Source: Cyanobacteria bacterium P01_D01_bin.156 (GTDB lineage: Bacteria > Cyanobacteriota > Cyanobacteriia > Phormidesmidales > Phormidesmidaceae). Taken from it: 64,000 bases of DNA. Below are positions 9,482-18,472 of the stretch, in pieces. A model generated the notes under the pieces. It had not been told where the DNA came from, ran no database searches, and saw only the letters and a program-made list of their open reading frames with translations. Both the position numbers and the translations under genes were made by a program. Each line of letters starts with the position of its first letter. Within the stretch, counting starts at the first letter, position 1. Location of the stretch: the NCBI GenBank assembly GCA_039024555.1, contig JBCCQQ010000002.1:64001-128000 (forward strand). The letters run 5' to 3'.

Positions 9482-10786
9482 ATGAAGGAATTTGGAGCGG
9501 CCTCGGCTACCATCGCTCAATACCGACAGCAAGCGGCCTCGCTCTTACTCTATCAGGCTGTTCTTGAGGATAACGTAGGGCAAACTTTTTTAGCATTATT
9601 AGATGCCCTCAGCAACAGCCAAGGTGCAACGAACGAACGGGTGCACTGTTTAACTGCCTACAGTCGATGGTTCCAAGCATTAACCAGTACCGGACAAAGC
9701 TGGGGAGACCACCTGCTAGACCGTATCCTAGTAGACAATAATCCCTTTACCATCGCCGTTCAGCACCAGCCAATGACGGCATTACCCGAGCCCTTGCTAG
9801 CGGCAGCCCGTCACGATATGCAGCTGCTTCAAGGGTTGCATAACCTAGCACCTGGTCATATCAGTCAATGTGTACAAACGGCCTGTCAGCTTGCCCAGGC
9901 TCCCATCATATGGTCCGTGTCTCAAAAACCTTCATCAGTGGATTTACCAACAGACTGGGCAGAGAATCTACATCCCCTGGTGAACTATTACAAACAGCAA
10001 GGTACTGGACAATTTGGTCAGTTTTATGGATTTCGCTGGCATCAGGGACATTTGCTAGGAGTTCCTGATCCAGATCCGGTTTGCCTTCAAGATTTGGCAG
10101 GGTATGACGGACCAAAGCATACGCTGATTAAAAATACAGAATTTCTCCTAGCTGGGTTTAACGCTCTGAATGTGCTGCTCTATGGCAGCCGTGGCTCTGG
10201 CAAATCGTCTTTAGTCAAGGCGTTACTCAATGAATATGGTGCCCAGGGGTTACGTCTAGTTGAAGTCACTAAGGCAGAACTATACAATTTGCCACAGATC
10301 GTAGAATATCTGCGACCCCAACCTCAAAAGTTTATTATCTTTGTGGATGATCTTTCTTTTGAGGAAGATGATGATGCGTTTAAGGCCCTCAAAGTAGTTT
10401 TAGAAGGAGGCATTACCCGCAGGCCGCAAAACATAGTCGTTTATGCTACATCCAATCGACGACATCTGGTACGAGAGTTTTTTGCAGACCGACCTCGTCC
10501 CAGCGATGCCGATGAATTGAAGTCATGGGATACGGTGCAAGAGAAACTCTCCTTTAGCGATCGCTTTGGCCTCACCCTGACTTTTGAGCCTGCCGATCAG
10601 CCAACCTATCTAGAAATTGTGCATCATCTGGCCAAGCAAGCTGACGTGGGTTTACCGTTGGAGGACTTAGAGTTCCGTGCCAAACAATGGGCTACCCGTC
10701 ACAATGGTCGCTCTGGACGCAGCGCCCGTCAGTTTATGGATTTTTTAGTCGCTGACTTGGCGCTAAGAGGACATAGCCATGGGTAA
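9482..10786 (+). CDS. DUF815-family AAA+ ATP-binding protein
   Basis: LLYGSRGSGKSS Walker A, FVDDLSFE Walker B, YATSNRRHL, SFSDRFGL, GRSGRSARQF. Confidence 0.9.
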   Translation: MKEFGAASATIAQYRQQAASLLLYQAVLEDNVGQTFLALLDALSNSQGATNERVHCLTAYSRWFQALTSTGQSWGDHLLDRILVDNNPFTIAVQHQPMTALPEPLLAAARHDMQLLQGLHNLAPGHISQCVQTACQLAQAPIIWSVSQKPSSVDLPTDWAENLHPLVNYYKQQGTGQFGQFYGFRWHQGHLLGVPDPDPVCLQDLAGYDGPKHTLIKNTEFLLAGFNALNVLLYGSRGSGKSSLVKALLNEYGAQGLRLVEVTKAELYNLPQIVEYLRPQPQKFIIFVDDLSFEEDDDAFKALKVVLEGGITRRPQNIVVYATSNRRHLVREFFADRPRPSDADELKSWDTVQEKLSFSDRFGLTLTFEPADQPTYLEIVHHLAKQADVGLPLEDLEFRAKQWATRHNGRSGRSARQFMDFLVADLALRGHSHG

Positions 10787-12083
10787 GTGGGGACGCTGGG
10801 GTCTAGGAATCGTGGTAATTGTTAGTGTCGGTGTTGCGATCGCATCCATCACCAAGCTGATCTACGACCAAAACCGTATCTACACCGTCCGATTAGCCAC
10901 CGGGAGTTCTATGGGCGAATACTATGCCTTTGGTCAAGCGGTCGCTACGGTCACCGCAGCCAACGAACCCAAAATTCGTATCCAAGTCATTGAATCCAAC
11001 GGTTCAAACCAAAACATGGACAATGTCCATAATCACACCGTGGACCTAGCCTTAGTTCAAAACGACACACCAGTGCAGCCCAATGTAAGAGCTGTCGCTC
11101 AGCTGTATCCAGAGATGTTTCATCTCATTGCTAATGCTGACGCCAACATTAACAGCATTGATGACTTACAAGGAAAACGTATTGCCCTAATGCCTGAAGG
11201 CAGTGGCTCCTACAATCTTTTTTGGCCTCTCAGTGAACACTATGGCCTTACCAAAGACGATTTTCAATTTCGTCCCATGGGTGTGACCGATGCCCACACG
11301 GCATTAAAAGATGGCAGCGTTGATGCCCTATTTCGAATTATCGGCCTGGGTAACAGCAGTGTTGGCCAGTTACTGGCTAATCAACAGTTCAAGCTAGTAC
11401 CCATCGATCAAATTGGCGCACTGCAGCTGACTCAGCCTTATCTGGAATCAACCCTTATTCCTAAGGGAAGCTACGATGGTGGAGCGCCCATACCACCGGA
11501 AGACCTACCGGTCGTTGCCGTCAGTGCATTACTCATTGCTAACGTTAATGTTCATCCAGATGTTGTTAGCACAGTTACCCGTATTCTCTATGAACACCGT
11601 AGTGAACTCATCCGCTTAAACCCACGCACTGCTAATGTTCAGTCACCGGAAGCCAGCCAAAATCTAGGGTTTCCTCTTCATGAAGGTGCCCGTGCTTACT
11701 ATACTCAGGATAATCCTAGCTTTCTCGTGACCTATGCCGAACCCATCGGCCTCCTAATGTCCATCGGCATTCTTCTCTGTTCTAGTCTATGGCAGGGGCG
11801 ACAATGGCTAATTCGGAACCAAAAAGATCGTGCTGATCGATATAATCTGGAAATTCTAGACCTAATTGAAAAAATAGAGCAGGCCAAAGACACCAAGGAG
11901 CTACAGACTCTACGACAGCAGTTACTGGAAATCCTCAGGAAAGTTGTTGTCGATTTAGATATTGACAAAATCTCTCCAGAATCTTTTCAGTCATTTACAT
12001 TTCCCTGGGAAGTTGCCAATACCGCCATCCGTCATCAAGAAATCATTCTTAGTAGCCACACAACAACCATATCTAAAAACTAA
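10779..12083 (+). CDS. TAXI-family TRAP solute-binding protein with N-terminal anchor and C-terminal TM plus tail
   Basis: LATGSSMGEYY, SNGS..N, DLALVQND, LYPEMFHL, DLQGKRI, PLHEGARAYY. Confidence 0.85.
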   Translation: MGKWGRWGLGIVVIVSVGVAIASITKLIYDQNRIYTVRLATGSSMGEYYAFGQAVATVTAANEPKIRIQVIESNGSNQNMDNVHNHTVDLALVQNDTPVQPNVRAVAQLYPEMFHLIANADANINSIDDLQGKRIALMPEGSGSYNLFWPLSEHYGLTKDDFQFRPMGVTDAHTALKDGSVDALFRIIGLGNSSVGQLLANQQFKLVPIDQIGALQLTQPYLESTLIPKGSYDGGAPIPPEDLPVVAVSALLIANVNVHPDVVSTVTRILYEHRSELIRLNPRTANVQSPEASQNLGFPLHEGARAYYTQDNPSFLVTYAEPIGLLMSIGILLCSSLWQGRQWLIRNQKDRADRYNLEILDLIEKIEQAKDTKELQTLRQQLLEILRKVVVDLDIDKISPESFQSFTFPWEVANTAIRHQEIILSSHTTTISKN

Positions 12084-12153
12084 TCCATTGAGAGAAGTAC
12101 TGCAATGAAAGTCTAAAGAGATAAATTACTGCCCCCTCTTCTTAGATACCAGC

Positions 12154-13137
12154 TCATACTCCCTCTTCCATATCACTCTCAGTTAAATCCTTGAGCTCGT
12201 ACTCCACCATCGCCTCAACCAAATCAGAAAAAGAATACTTCCGCTCCCACCGAATACGAGCCATGATTTTATCGACACAACCTGCCAGTGTCACAGGCTC
12301 ATCTGGTCGATAAAACTGTGGGTCCACCGACACATAGTCTTGCCAGTTCAGACCTACATAGGAAAATGCACAATCTACCAGTTCTTTGACTGAGTGGGTT
12401 TCACCACTAGCAATAATAAAGTCATCCGGTTTCTCCTGCTGAAGCATCATCCACATGGCATGGACCACATCTTCAGCATGACACCAGTCACGACGGGCAT
12501 CTAGGTTCCCCAACTTGAGCTCCTTTGCCAGACCTAGTTTAATTTTGACCGCCCCTCGAGTAATCTTGCGAAATACAAATTCTGCACCTCGACGGGGAGA
12601 CTCATGGGTGTAGGTAATACCACAGCAGGAATATAGGTCATACTGTTGCCGATAGTTCACGGTCATCCAATGGGCATAGGCTTTAGCCACACCATAGGGG
12701 TTACGTGGGCGAAAGGCTGTACGCTCAGTCTGGGGAGACTCATCCGGTTGACCAAAGACCTCACTGCTAGACGCCTGATAAAAACGTGCATCTGACTTAC
12801 AGCGACGAATGGCTTCTAATAAGCGAGAAACACCAATGGCCGTATATTCAGCTGTGAGCGCTGGCTGCGTCCAGGACAACGGAACGTAGCTCTGGGAGGC
12901 CAAATTATAAATTTCATCGGGCTGCGCTTTATCAATAGCATCCATCAATGAAAACTGGTCCAGTAAGTCCCCAGAAATCACATGAACTTTATCCGCAATA
13001 TGCTTGATACGCCCAAAGCTACTCGAACTGGAGCGACGGACTAGGCCGTAAACGTTATACCCTTTGCTGAGCAGTAACTCAGCCAGATAGGAGCCATCCT
13101 GCCCGGTAAGCCCCGTAATTAGTGCTGATTTAGCCAC
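12154..13137 (-). CDS. gmd: GDP-mannose 4,6-dehydratase
   Basis: ALITGLTGQDGSYLAELLL, YQASSSE, PYGVAK, HESPRRG.EFV.RKI; GTG start. Confidence 0.92.
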   Translation of the reverse strand: MAKSALITGLTGQDGSYLAELLLSKGYNVYGLVRRSSSSSFGRIKHIADKVHVISGDLLDQFSLMDAIDKAQPDEIYNLASQSYVPLSWTQPALTAEYTAIGVSRLLEAIRRCKSDARFYQASSSEVFGQPDESPQTERTAFRPRNPYGVAKAYAHWMTVNYRQQYDLYSCCGITYTHESPRRGAEFVFRKITRGAVKIKLGLAKELKLGNLDARRDWCHAEDVVHAMWMMLQQEKPDDFIIASGETHSVKELVDCAFSYVGLNWQDYVSVDPQFYRPDEPVTLAGCVDKIMARIRWERKYSFSDLVEAMVEYELKDLTESDMEEGV

Positions 13138-13227
13138 CCAAGCTCCTACAAAATTACAACAATAAGCATTGCTAGGTTACCCATTTACCTGGTGTTGCCA
13201 CGCTTGGCAGGGCTAATTTGCCATCCC

Positions 13228-14571
13228 CTAAGCATCACTCACTGATCTTTGATTCACCAAATGTCTAAATTTAGACCGCCATCCCTGGCGGCTAAGGCTA
13301 TCAAACGAAACGAAGTCCACTGCAACACTATCTCCCCACCAGTTAGCAATTTGGGTTTGAATATGGTCAATATTGGCTCCATCATCTAGAACCAGTTTAA
13401 GACTTAAGGTTTCGGGGGTAATCTGTTCCACTTGAAATTCATCAATACTGCCCAGGCGATCTAAAACATCCTGAAGATAGTGGGTTGGGTAGCGACGCTC
13501 GCCAATGGTGACCATATCGTGCACACGACCAACAATATTGGTTACGTAAAGGTCTCCGTCTAGCTCAACAAGGTCTCCTAAATCACCGGTACAGTAGCGA
13601 ATTAGGGGCATCATCGCATTAGCTAATCCGGTAAATACGAGTTCCTGAGTATCCGATTGAACATCTGCAGATGCCACGGATCTCCCTTCAGGCCAAACCA
13701 TATAGTCAAGAATTCTCAGATGTTTTGGACTGTCATCCGTTGTATGGGCAACAACACCAAATTCTGCATTCCCGTAACGGTTATAAATCTGGCAGTCAAA
13801 AACAGTTTGAATGAGTTGCCACTTTTTGTCGTCCAAGACTTCTCCGGTTGATTCAAAGGCGGTAAACAGTTTTTTTGCTGGATAGTTTTCCTGATGAGCG
13901 TACAGAGCTAGGCCATAGAGCGTAGAAGGATGCCCTTGCACACCGTAAGGGCGTTCGGCTTTAATGGCATCCAAAATCTTGCCTAGGGAAACAGGATCAA
14001 AAACATCAGTGGTAATGTTTACCCGGTTGAGGGAAATACACTTGATGGATTCTTTTAATCGATCTCGCAGGGGCGGTTTTGCTGGAAAATAGCTAGAGAA
14101 GTGAACTTCTTTCATGTAGCGCTTTTTGCCTGTCCATTCCAGTACCTGGAGATTAGCCGCAGCGGTCCAGTCGAGGGCAGTCTGATCGTAATAGATTAAG
14201 GCTGAAGGCCCGGTAGAGCCACCGGTTTTACGTACGTGCAATGGGCTCCTGTCCACTGTTTCGCTCAGTAGACGTTCTCCTTGTTCTCGCAGAATATCTT
14301 TAGTCAGGTAGGGTAAATCGGTTAGATACTGCGGGTCAGTTTTTAGCTTTTCTGGATCAAACTGTCGTTGCTGAAATACGTCCCGATAATAGGGAACATC
14401 TCGGCCTGCGATCGCAACAGTTTCGTACAGTCGTTGTTGACTCATCCTGCGCCGCTCCACTGGTGACCGCTGGGCGAACGTCTTTAAAGCAGACAATTTA
14501 GGCAAAATTTGGCGCTTTTGCTGTCGCTCTAGCACAGGGTACAGAAAATAGCTAATTAGCGCTTTCAGCAT
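13228..14571 (-). CDS. Phenylacetate-CoA ligase/CapK-like adenylate-forming enzyme
   Basis: VPYYR, LPYLTK, KTGGSTG P-loop, YGNAEFG, MPLIRYCTGDLG, GRVHD. ATG overlaps the upstream TGA. Confidence 0.85.
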   Translation of the reverse strand: MLKALISYFLYPVLERQQKRQILPKLSALKTFAQRSPVERRRMSQQRLYETVAIAGRDVPYYRDVFQQRQFDPEKLKTDPQYLTDLPYLTKDILREQGERLLSETVDRSPLHVRKTGGSTGPSALIYYDQTALDWTAAANLQVLEWTGKKRYMKEVHFSSYFPAKPPLRDRLKESIKCISLNRVNITTDVFDPVSLGKILDAIKAERPYGVQGHPSTLYGLALYAHQENYPAKKLFTAFESTGEVLDDKKWQLIQTVFDCQIYNRYGNAEFGVVAHTTDDSPKHLRILDYMVWPEGRSVASADVQSDTQELVFTGLANAMMPLIRYCTGDLGDLVELDGDLYVTNIVGRVHDMVTIGERRYPTHYLQDVLDRLGSIDEFQVEQITPETLSLKLVLDDGANIDHIQTQIANWWGDSVAVDFVSFDSLSRQGWRSKFRHLVNQRSVSDA

Positions 14572-15560
14572 CAAGATTTACCACGTACAGCATGTTGATA
14601 GGCCTGGCTAAGCTGTTGAGCCGCCCTTTCCCACGTAAAACTATTTGCCACTTTAGCATTGAGACCGACGGGGGATACGCCCTCTAATTGCTGACAGATA
14701 CCAGCTCGAATACTATCCACTGAATGGGGGTCAACATAGGTAACCGCATCGCCAAAGTATTCCTGGGTGCAGCCTTCTTGAGTAATTACCACCCTAGCCC
14801 CCATGGCAGCAGCTTCTAGAGCGGCTAAACCAGGAGTTTCCAACGTACTGGGCAATACAAAAGCAGCACAGGCAGCATAGGCGGATAGCAGCATAGGGCT
14901 GTGGTGCTCAACATATCCCAAGTAGTTAAAGCAACCGTCTCCTTCTGCTACACATTCGTCATAGTAGGCGCGATCGCGAATATTGCCTAAAACCATCAGA
15001 GGTATATCCAACTCTCGCACGGCTCTTACTAAATTCAGCTGGTTTTTACGCGGTTCAATGTTGGCAACGTTTAGTAAAAATGGGGCCTGAATATTGTGGG
15101 TTTGGCAAAAGAGATCAGGATTTGCGTTCCCCTTGAGAAAGTAATCATCTACGCCATTTACAATGGGAGCAAATTTCTCCAAAGGCACATTGAAGATTGT
15201 ACTTAACGCCGCTGCTTCTGCCTGAGAGTTTGGCAACAAGCGGTCCGCTAGATGCAATAGATGATTAATTTCACCCACCGGGTAAATTCCGGCATCGTAA
15301 CTTTCTTGCGTAATCCACAAAATAGGCGAAATCAGCAGAGGCATCCCTCGACGATGAACATAATCACAGAAATTAGCCGACCCACCTTGAACCGAAAAAT
15401 AGTGAACAACATCTACCTGATCAAATTGTGGCTGCCACAGATCGTAGAACACCACTTCTACCCCTTGTTTCACAAGAGCTTCTTGACATTTCAACAGTTG
15501 AATCTCTCCCCCCCCTGGACAATCAAAGGCAACGGGAAATGTGTTAAATAAAACGCGCAT
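14571..15560 (-). CDS. Glycosyltransferase family 4
   Basis: GGGEIQ, IEPRKNQ, ETPGLAALEA (Ex7E). Start placed at MRVLFN. Confidence 0.9.
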   Translation of the reverse strand: MRVLFNTFPVAFDCPGGGEIQLLKCQEALVKQGVEVVFYDLWQPQFDQVDVVHYFSVQGGSANFCDYVHRRGMPLLISPILWITQESYDAGIYPVGEINHLLHLADRLLPNSQAEAAALSTIFNVPLEKFAPIVNGVDDYFLKGNANPDLFCQTHNIQAPFLLNVANIEPRKNQLNLVRAVRELDIPLMVLGNIRDRAYYDECVAEGDGCFNYLGYVEHHSPMLLSAYAACAAFVLPSTLETPGLAALEAAAMGARVVITQEGCTQEYFGDAVTYVDPHSVDSIRAGICQQLEGVSPVGLNAKVANSFTWERAAQQLSQAYQHAVRGKS

Positions 15561-15619
15561 GGCTGACAAATTTTGAAAACGAATTGGCTCCATCCTTACC
15601 AACACAGAGCCCAATGCTG

Positions 15620-16822
15620 TCAAATATTCTCCATCAAGGTAATCATTTGCTGACAGCGATTGGCCCAAGTGTGGGCATGAGCCGCTTCAATGCCTACATC
15701 TGGACTCGGCCCTTGCCCAGAGAATACAGCTTGTAGCGACTGCTCAAAAGCCTCAACTGAGTCTGCAGACAGATACAAGTTTTCGTACTCCATCAACGCT
15801 GGTAAACGAGTACCCACAACGGTTTTTCCAGCTGCCAGATACTCAAAAAACTTCATGGGAAACATGGAGCGAGTATAGTCATTGAGCAAGCACGGTAAAA
15901 CCGCCACATCAAAGGCTCGTAAGTAGCTGGGTAAGGTCTCGTAGGCTCGATATCCTAACAAATGAACATTGGGGTGTTGCAGTTCTGGCGGTAAAGTAGC
16001 ACTCTTATCTAATTCAATTCCACCGATTAAAACCCAGTGCCATTGAGGATATCGCTGCGCGATACTTGCTATCAACCAAAAATCTAATTTATAGTCTTTA
16101 ATCGCACCAATAAACCCAATTCTTGGTTGGGGTATGGCAGCGATATCATCAGGAATTCCCCCTGGCTGCCGCGCTTGGGAAAAATGATTATAGTCAGCGA
16201 CATTCGGAAAATAGTGAACCTTACCGGGAGCCAACGCCGCCAGCTTATCTTTCAAATTAAGACTGGTGACAAAAACTAAGTCTGCAGACTTTAAAAGTGA
16301 AGCTTCTGCCTGCTCAACCACGGTTGGCGAAATGCCCGGCACAGTTGTCAGATCATCAACACAGTGATACACCAACAAAGATGACTTGAGCTTGGCTTGG
16401 AACGACTCAATCACGGGATTGTATGCCCACAAAATTGGAGTTCGAAAACCGAGCCATTGTTTTAGTATGCGAAGTGTGGTTACTAAAATCTTCTGGTTTA
16501 TCCACTGCACCACGGCCACATGATGCAGTGGAATCACAAGAGGAGAAAACACCCATACGTTGGATTCAACCTTGCGTATGCCCCGTAGCGATTTGAACAA
16601 CCGTTTGAATATTCGACTGAGGTCTCGTTTGCTAGCTTTTGGCTGCCGCAGCCCCAAAGATTCTATGTAGAGCACGCGAAATCCCTTTTGAGCCAGGCTT
16701 TGACTAACATGCTGATTATTAGTCCAATTGTCTTGGGACCAATCCGCAGTTGAAAATACGATGACATCGGTGGGAAAAGCCAAGGGAGCCCCCAAACAGT
16801 TAACGCTAACCTTGTTATTCAA
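15620..16822 (-). CDS. GT-B glycosyltransferase (TuaH/GumK-like)
   Basis: VYHCVDDL, PRIGFIG, FDVAVLP, PMKFFEYLAAGKTVV. Confidence 0.85.
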   Translation of the reverse strand: MNNKVSVNCLGAPLAFPTDVIVFSTADWSQDNWTNNQHVSQSLAQKGFRVLYIESLGLRQPKASKRDLSRIFKRLFKSLRGIRKVESNVWVFSPLVIPLHHVAVVQWINQKILVTTLRILKQWLGFRTPILWAYNPVIESFQAKLKSSLLVYHCVDDLTTVPGISPTVVEQAEASLLKSADLVFVTSLNLKDKLAALAPGKVHYFPNVADYNHFSQARQPGGIPDDIAAIPQPRIGFIGAIKDYKLDFWLIASIAQRYPQWHWVLIGGIELDKSATLPPELQHPNVHLLGYRAYETLPSYLRAFDVAVLPCLLNDYTRSMFPMKFFEYLAAGKTVVGTRLPALMEYENLYLSADSVEAFEQSLQAVFSGQGPSPDVGIEAAHAHTWANRCQQMITLMENI

Positions 16823-18395
16823 TCAGAAACGGTGTTTTCTCACCACGCCAATTTATCTGCAAGGGAGGAATCGATGTTGAAAAAGCGCCACCTGGCAAGT
16901 GCCACAGTTTCAGTCTTTGATGGTCATCAACCTTAACTTGCACCAGACTGCGGGCTCGTACAAATTCTAAGCACTCAACTAAATTAGGAAACCACAAATT
17001 ATCATGGGACTGTATAAATCCTAGAAATTCCGCATGGGCGGCTAATCTTTCCGCTTCACTATCCCAACCGTATTGATAAGTAGACGAAAACGGGTGATCT
17101 AAATAACCGAATAAAGCACCCGCCTGTAGATGGTATTTAAAACTTTCGCAGTAAGGCTGTACTGAGTTGCCATATTGATGAAAACAGTCACCATGCAACA
17201 TACATTGTTGACTGTGGGATATCAAAGGTTTATCGCATAGTGGGACTTGCCCTGAACGTCCCATCAAATACTCTGGATCGTTATGGATAATGCCCCCCAC
17301 AAACCCTAGATATCCAGCATCTGCTAAAGCATTGACAGCATAGGGAGGATTCTGATGAAAGGGAGATACAGCGTAGTGTATCGGAGCGGCTTCTGGCAAA
17401 TGCTCCTCCAGCCATTGTTTGGAGTGTTTTGCCTCGTGGAAAGCAGCCGTGTAATCAGGCCCCCAGTTCGGCGGATGGGTGCAGGAATGGGACACCACTG
17501 AGCCACCATGGGCGATCACTTGCCGCAAGAAATCGATATCCTGACGTTGGGGTGGCAATTCCGTAACGACGGCTAGCGATAGGGGCATCCCCATATCTTG
17601 ATACAGCTCAAACAACGGACGGGCGGTTGCGATCGCTTGATCACAATCTAACCTCATGGTCACCGCACTGCGATACCCGCCTGGCACCTCAGCAATATAG
17701 GGAATACAAACCAGCTCATCTGCTCGATAGTCACTGCAAAATGTTTCAATGACCGTCCATTCCAAACTATCAATGGGACCGACTTGACGGTTAAACCAAA
17801 GCACAGAACTATCTGCAGCATCAGCAATGGCAACATAGGTACTCGCAAAGTTTTCTTGTCCATCAACCACCTCCGCAACGGATATTGCATGGGTTATTCT
17901 TGCCTGCTGACAAAGAGACCAGGGACCTTGATTTAAGGTAATGCAGCCAAACCCTAACGTATTCCACTCATCAGTGAAGTCATAACGACCTAATGAGCGA
18001 TGTCGCAAGCCTAACTGAGCCGTTAATAGATGATCGTTATAGAGAACCGTTGCCTGTGATGCCGTGAAAGTTGAATCCAAGGATGGTCGGATCTCTCCCC
18101 AACCTGATTGCCTGTCGCCTAATTCATCAACGGCAATTCCTAATTCAGCACCTAGCTCAACCCCCAGCTTACCAAAGACAATAATCTTACGTCCTTGGCT
18201 CGCCAGAGACTGAAGCAGAGCCAGCTCCACATCCAAAGGGTTGATTACAACATAAATATCTGAATCGTTCTCTGCTCCAACGCTATCAAAGCTCGCTGAA
18301 TTAACCTGAGCCCGACTAAACGAACGCACTAAAGCAGCGCTAACAAGGCTAGCAACTATTCGATCGTGATCGTAATGCAGCAGCGTAATTGTCAA
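16815..18395 (-). CDS. Polysaccharide deacetylase-like (NodB/CE4 fold) protein with long N-terminal domain
   Basis: MRLDCD and SHSCTH metal-binding-type motifs in the C-terminal half; TTG start. Confidence 0.7.
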   Translation of the reverse strand: MTITLLHYDHDRIVASLVSAALVRSFSRAQVNSASFDSVGAENDSDIYVVINPLDVELALLQSLASQGRKIIVFGKLGVELGAELGIAVDELGDRQSGWGEIRPSLDSTFTASQATVLYNDHLLTAQLGLRHRSLGRYDFTDEWNTLGFGCITLNQGPWSLCQQARITHAISVAEVVDGQENFASTYVAIADAADSSVLWFNRQVGPIDSLEWTVIETFCSDYRADELVCIPYIAEVPGGYRSAVTMRLDCDQAIATARPLFELYQDMGMPLSLAVVTELPPQRQDIDFLRQVIAHGGSVVSHSCTHPPNWGPDYTAAFHEAKHSKQWLEEHLPEAAPIHYAVSPFHQNPPYAVNALADAGYLGFVGGIIHNDPEYLMGRSGQVPLCDKPLISHSQQCMLHGDCFHQYGNSVQPYCESFKYHLQAGALFGYLDHPFSSTYQYGWDSEAERLAAHAEFLGFIQSHDNLWFPNLVECLEFVRARSLVQVKVDDHQRLKLWHLPGGAFSTSIPPLQINWRGEKTPFLIE

Positions 18396-18472
18396 CTTTA
18401 TAAACCCGAAAGATTATGAAGCCACCATACGACAATTAATACAGATTCACCAAGTCTTGCAAGCTAAAATAC

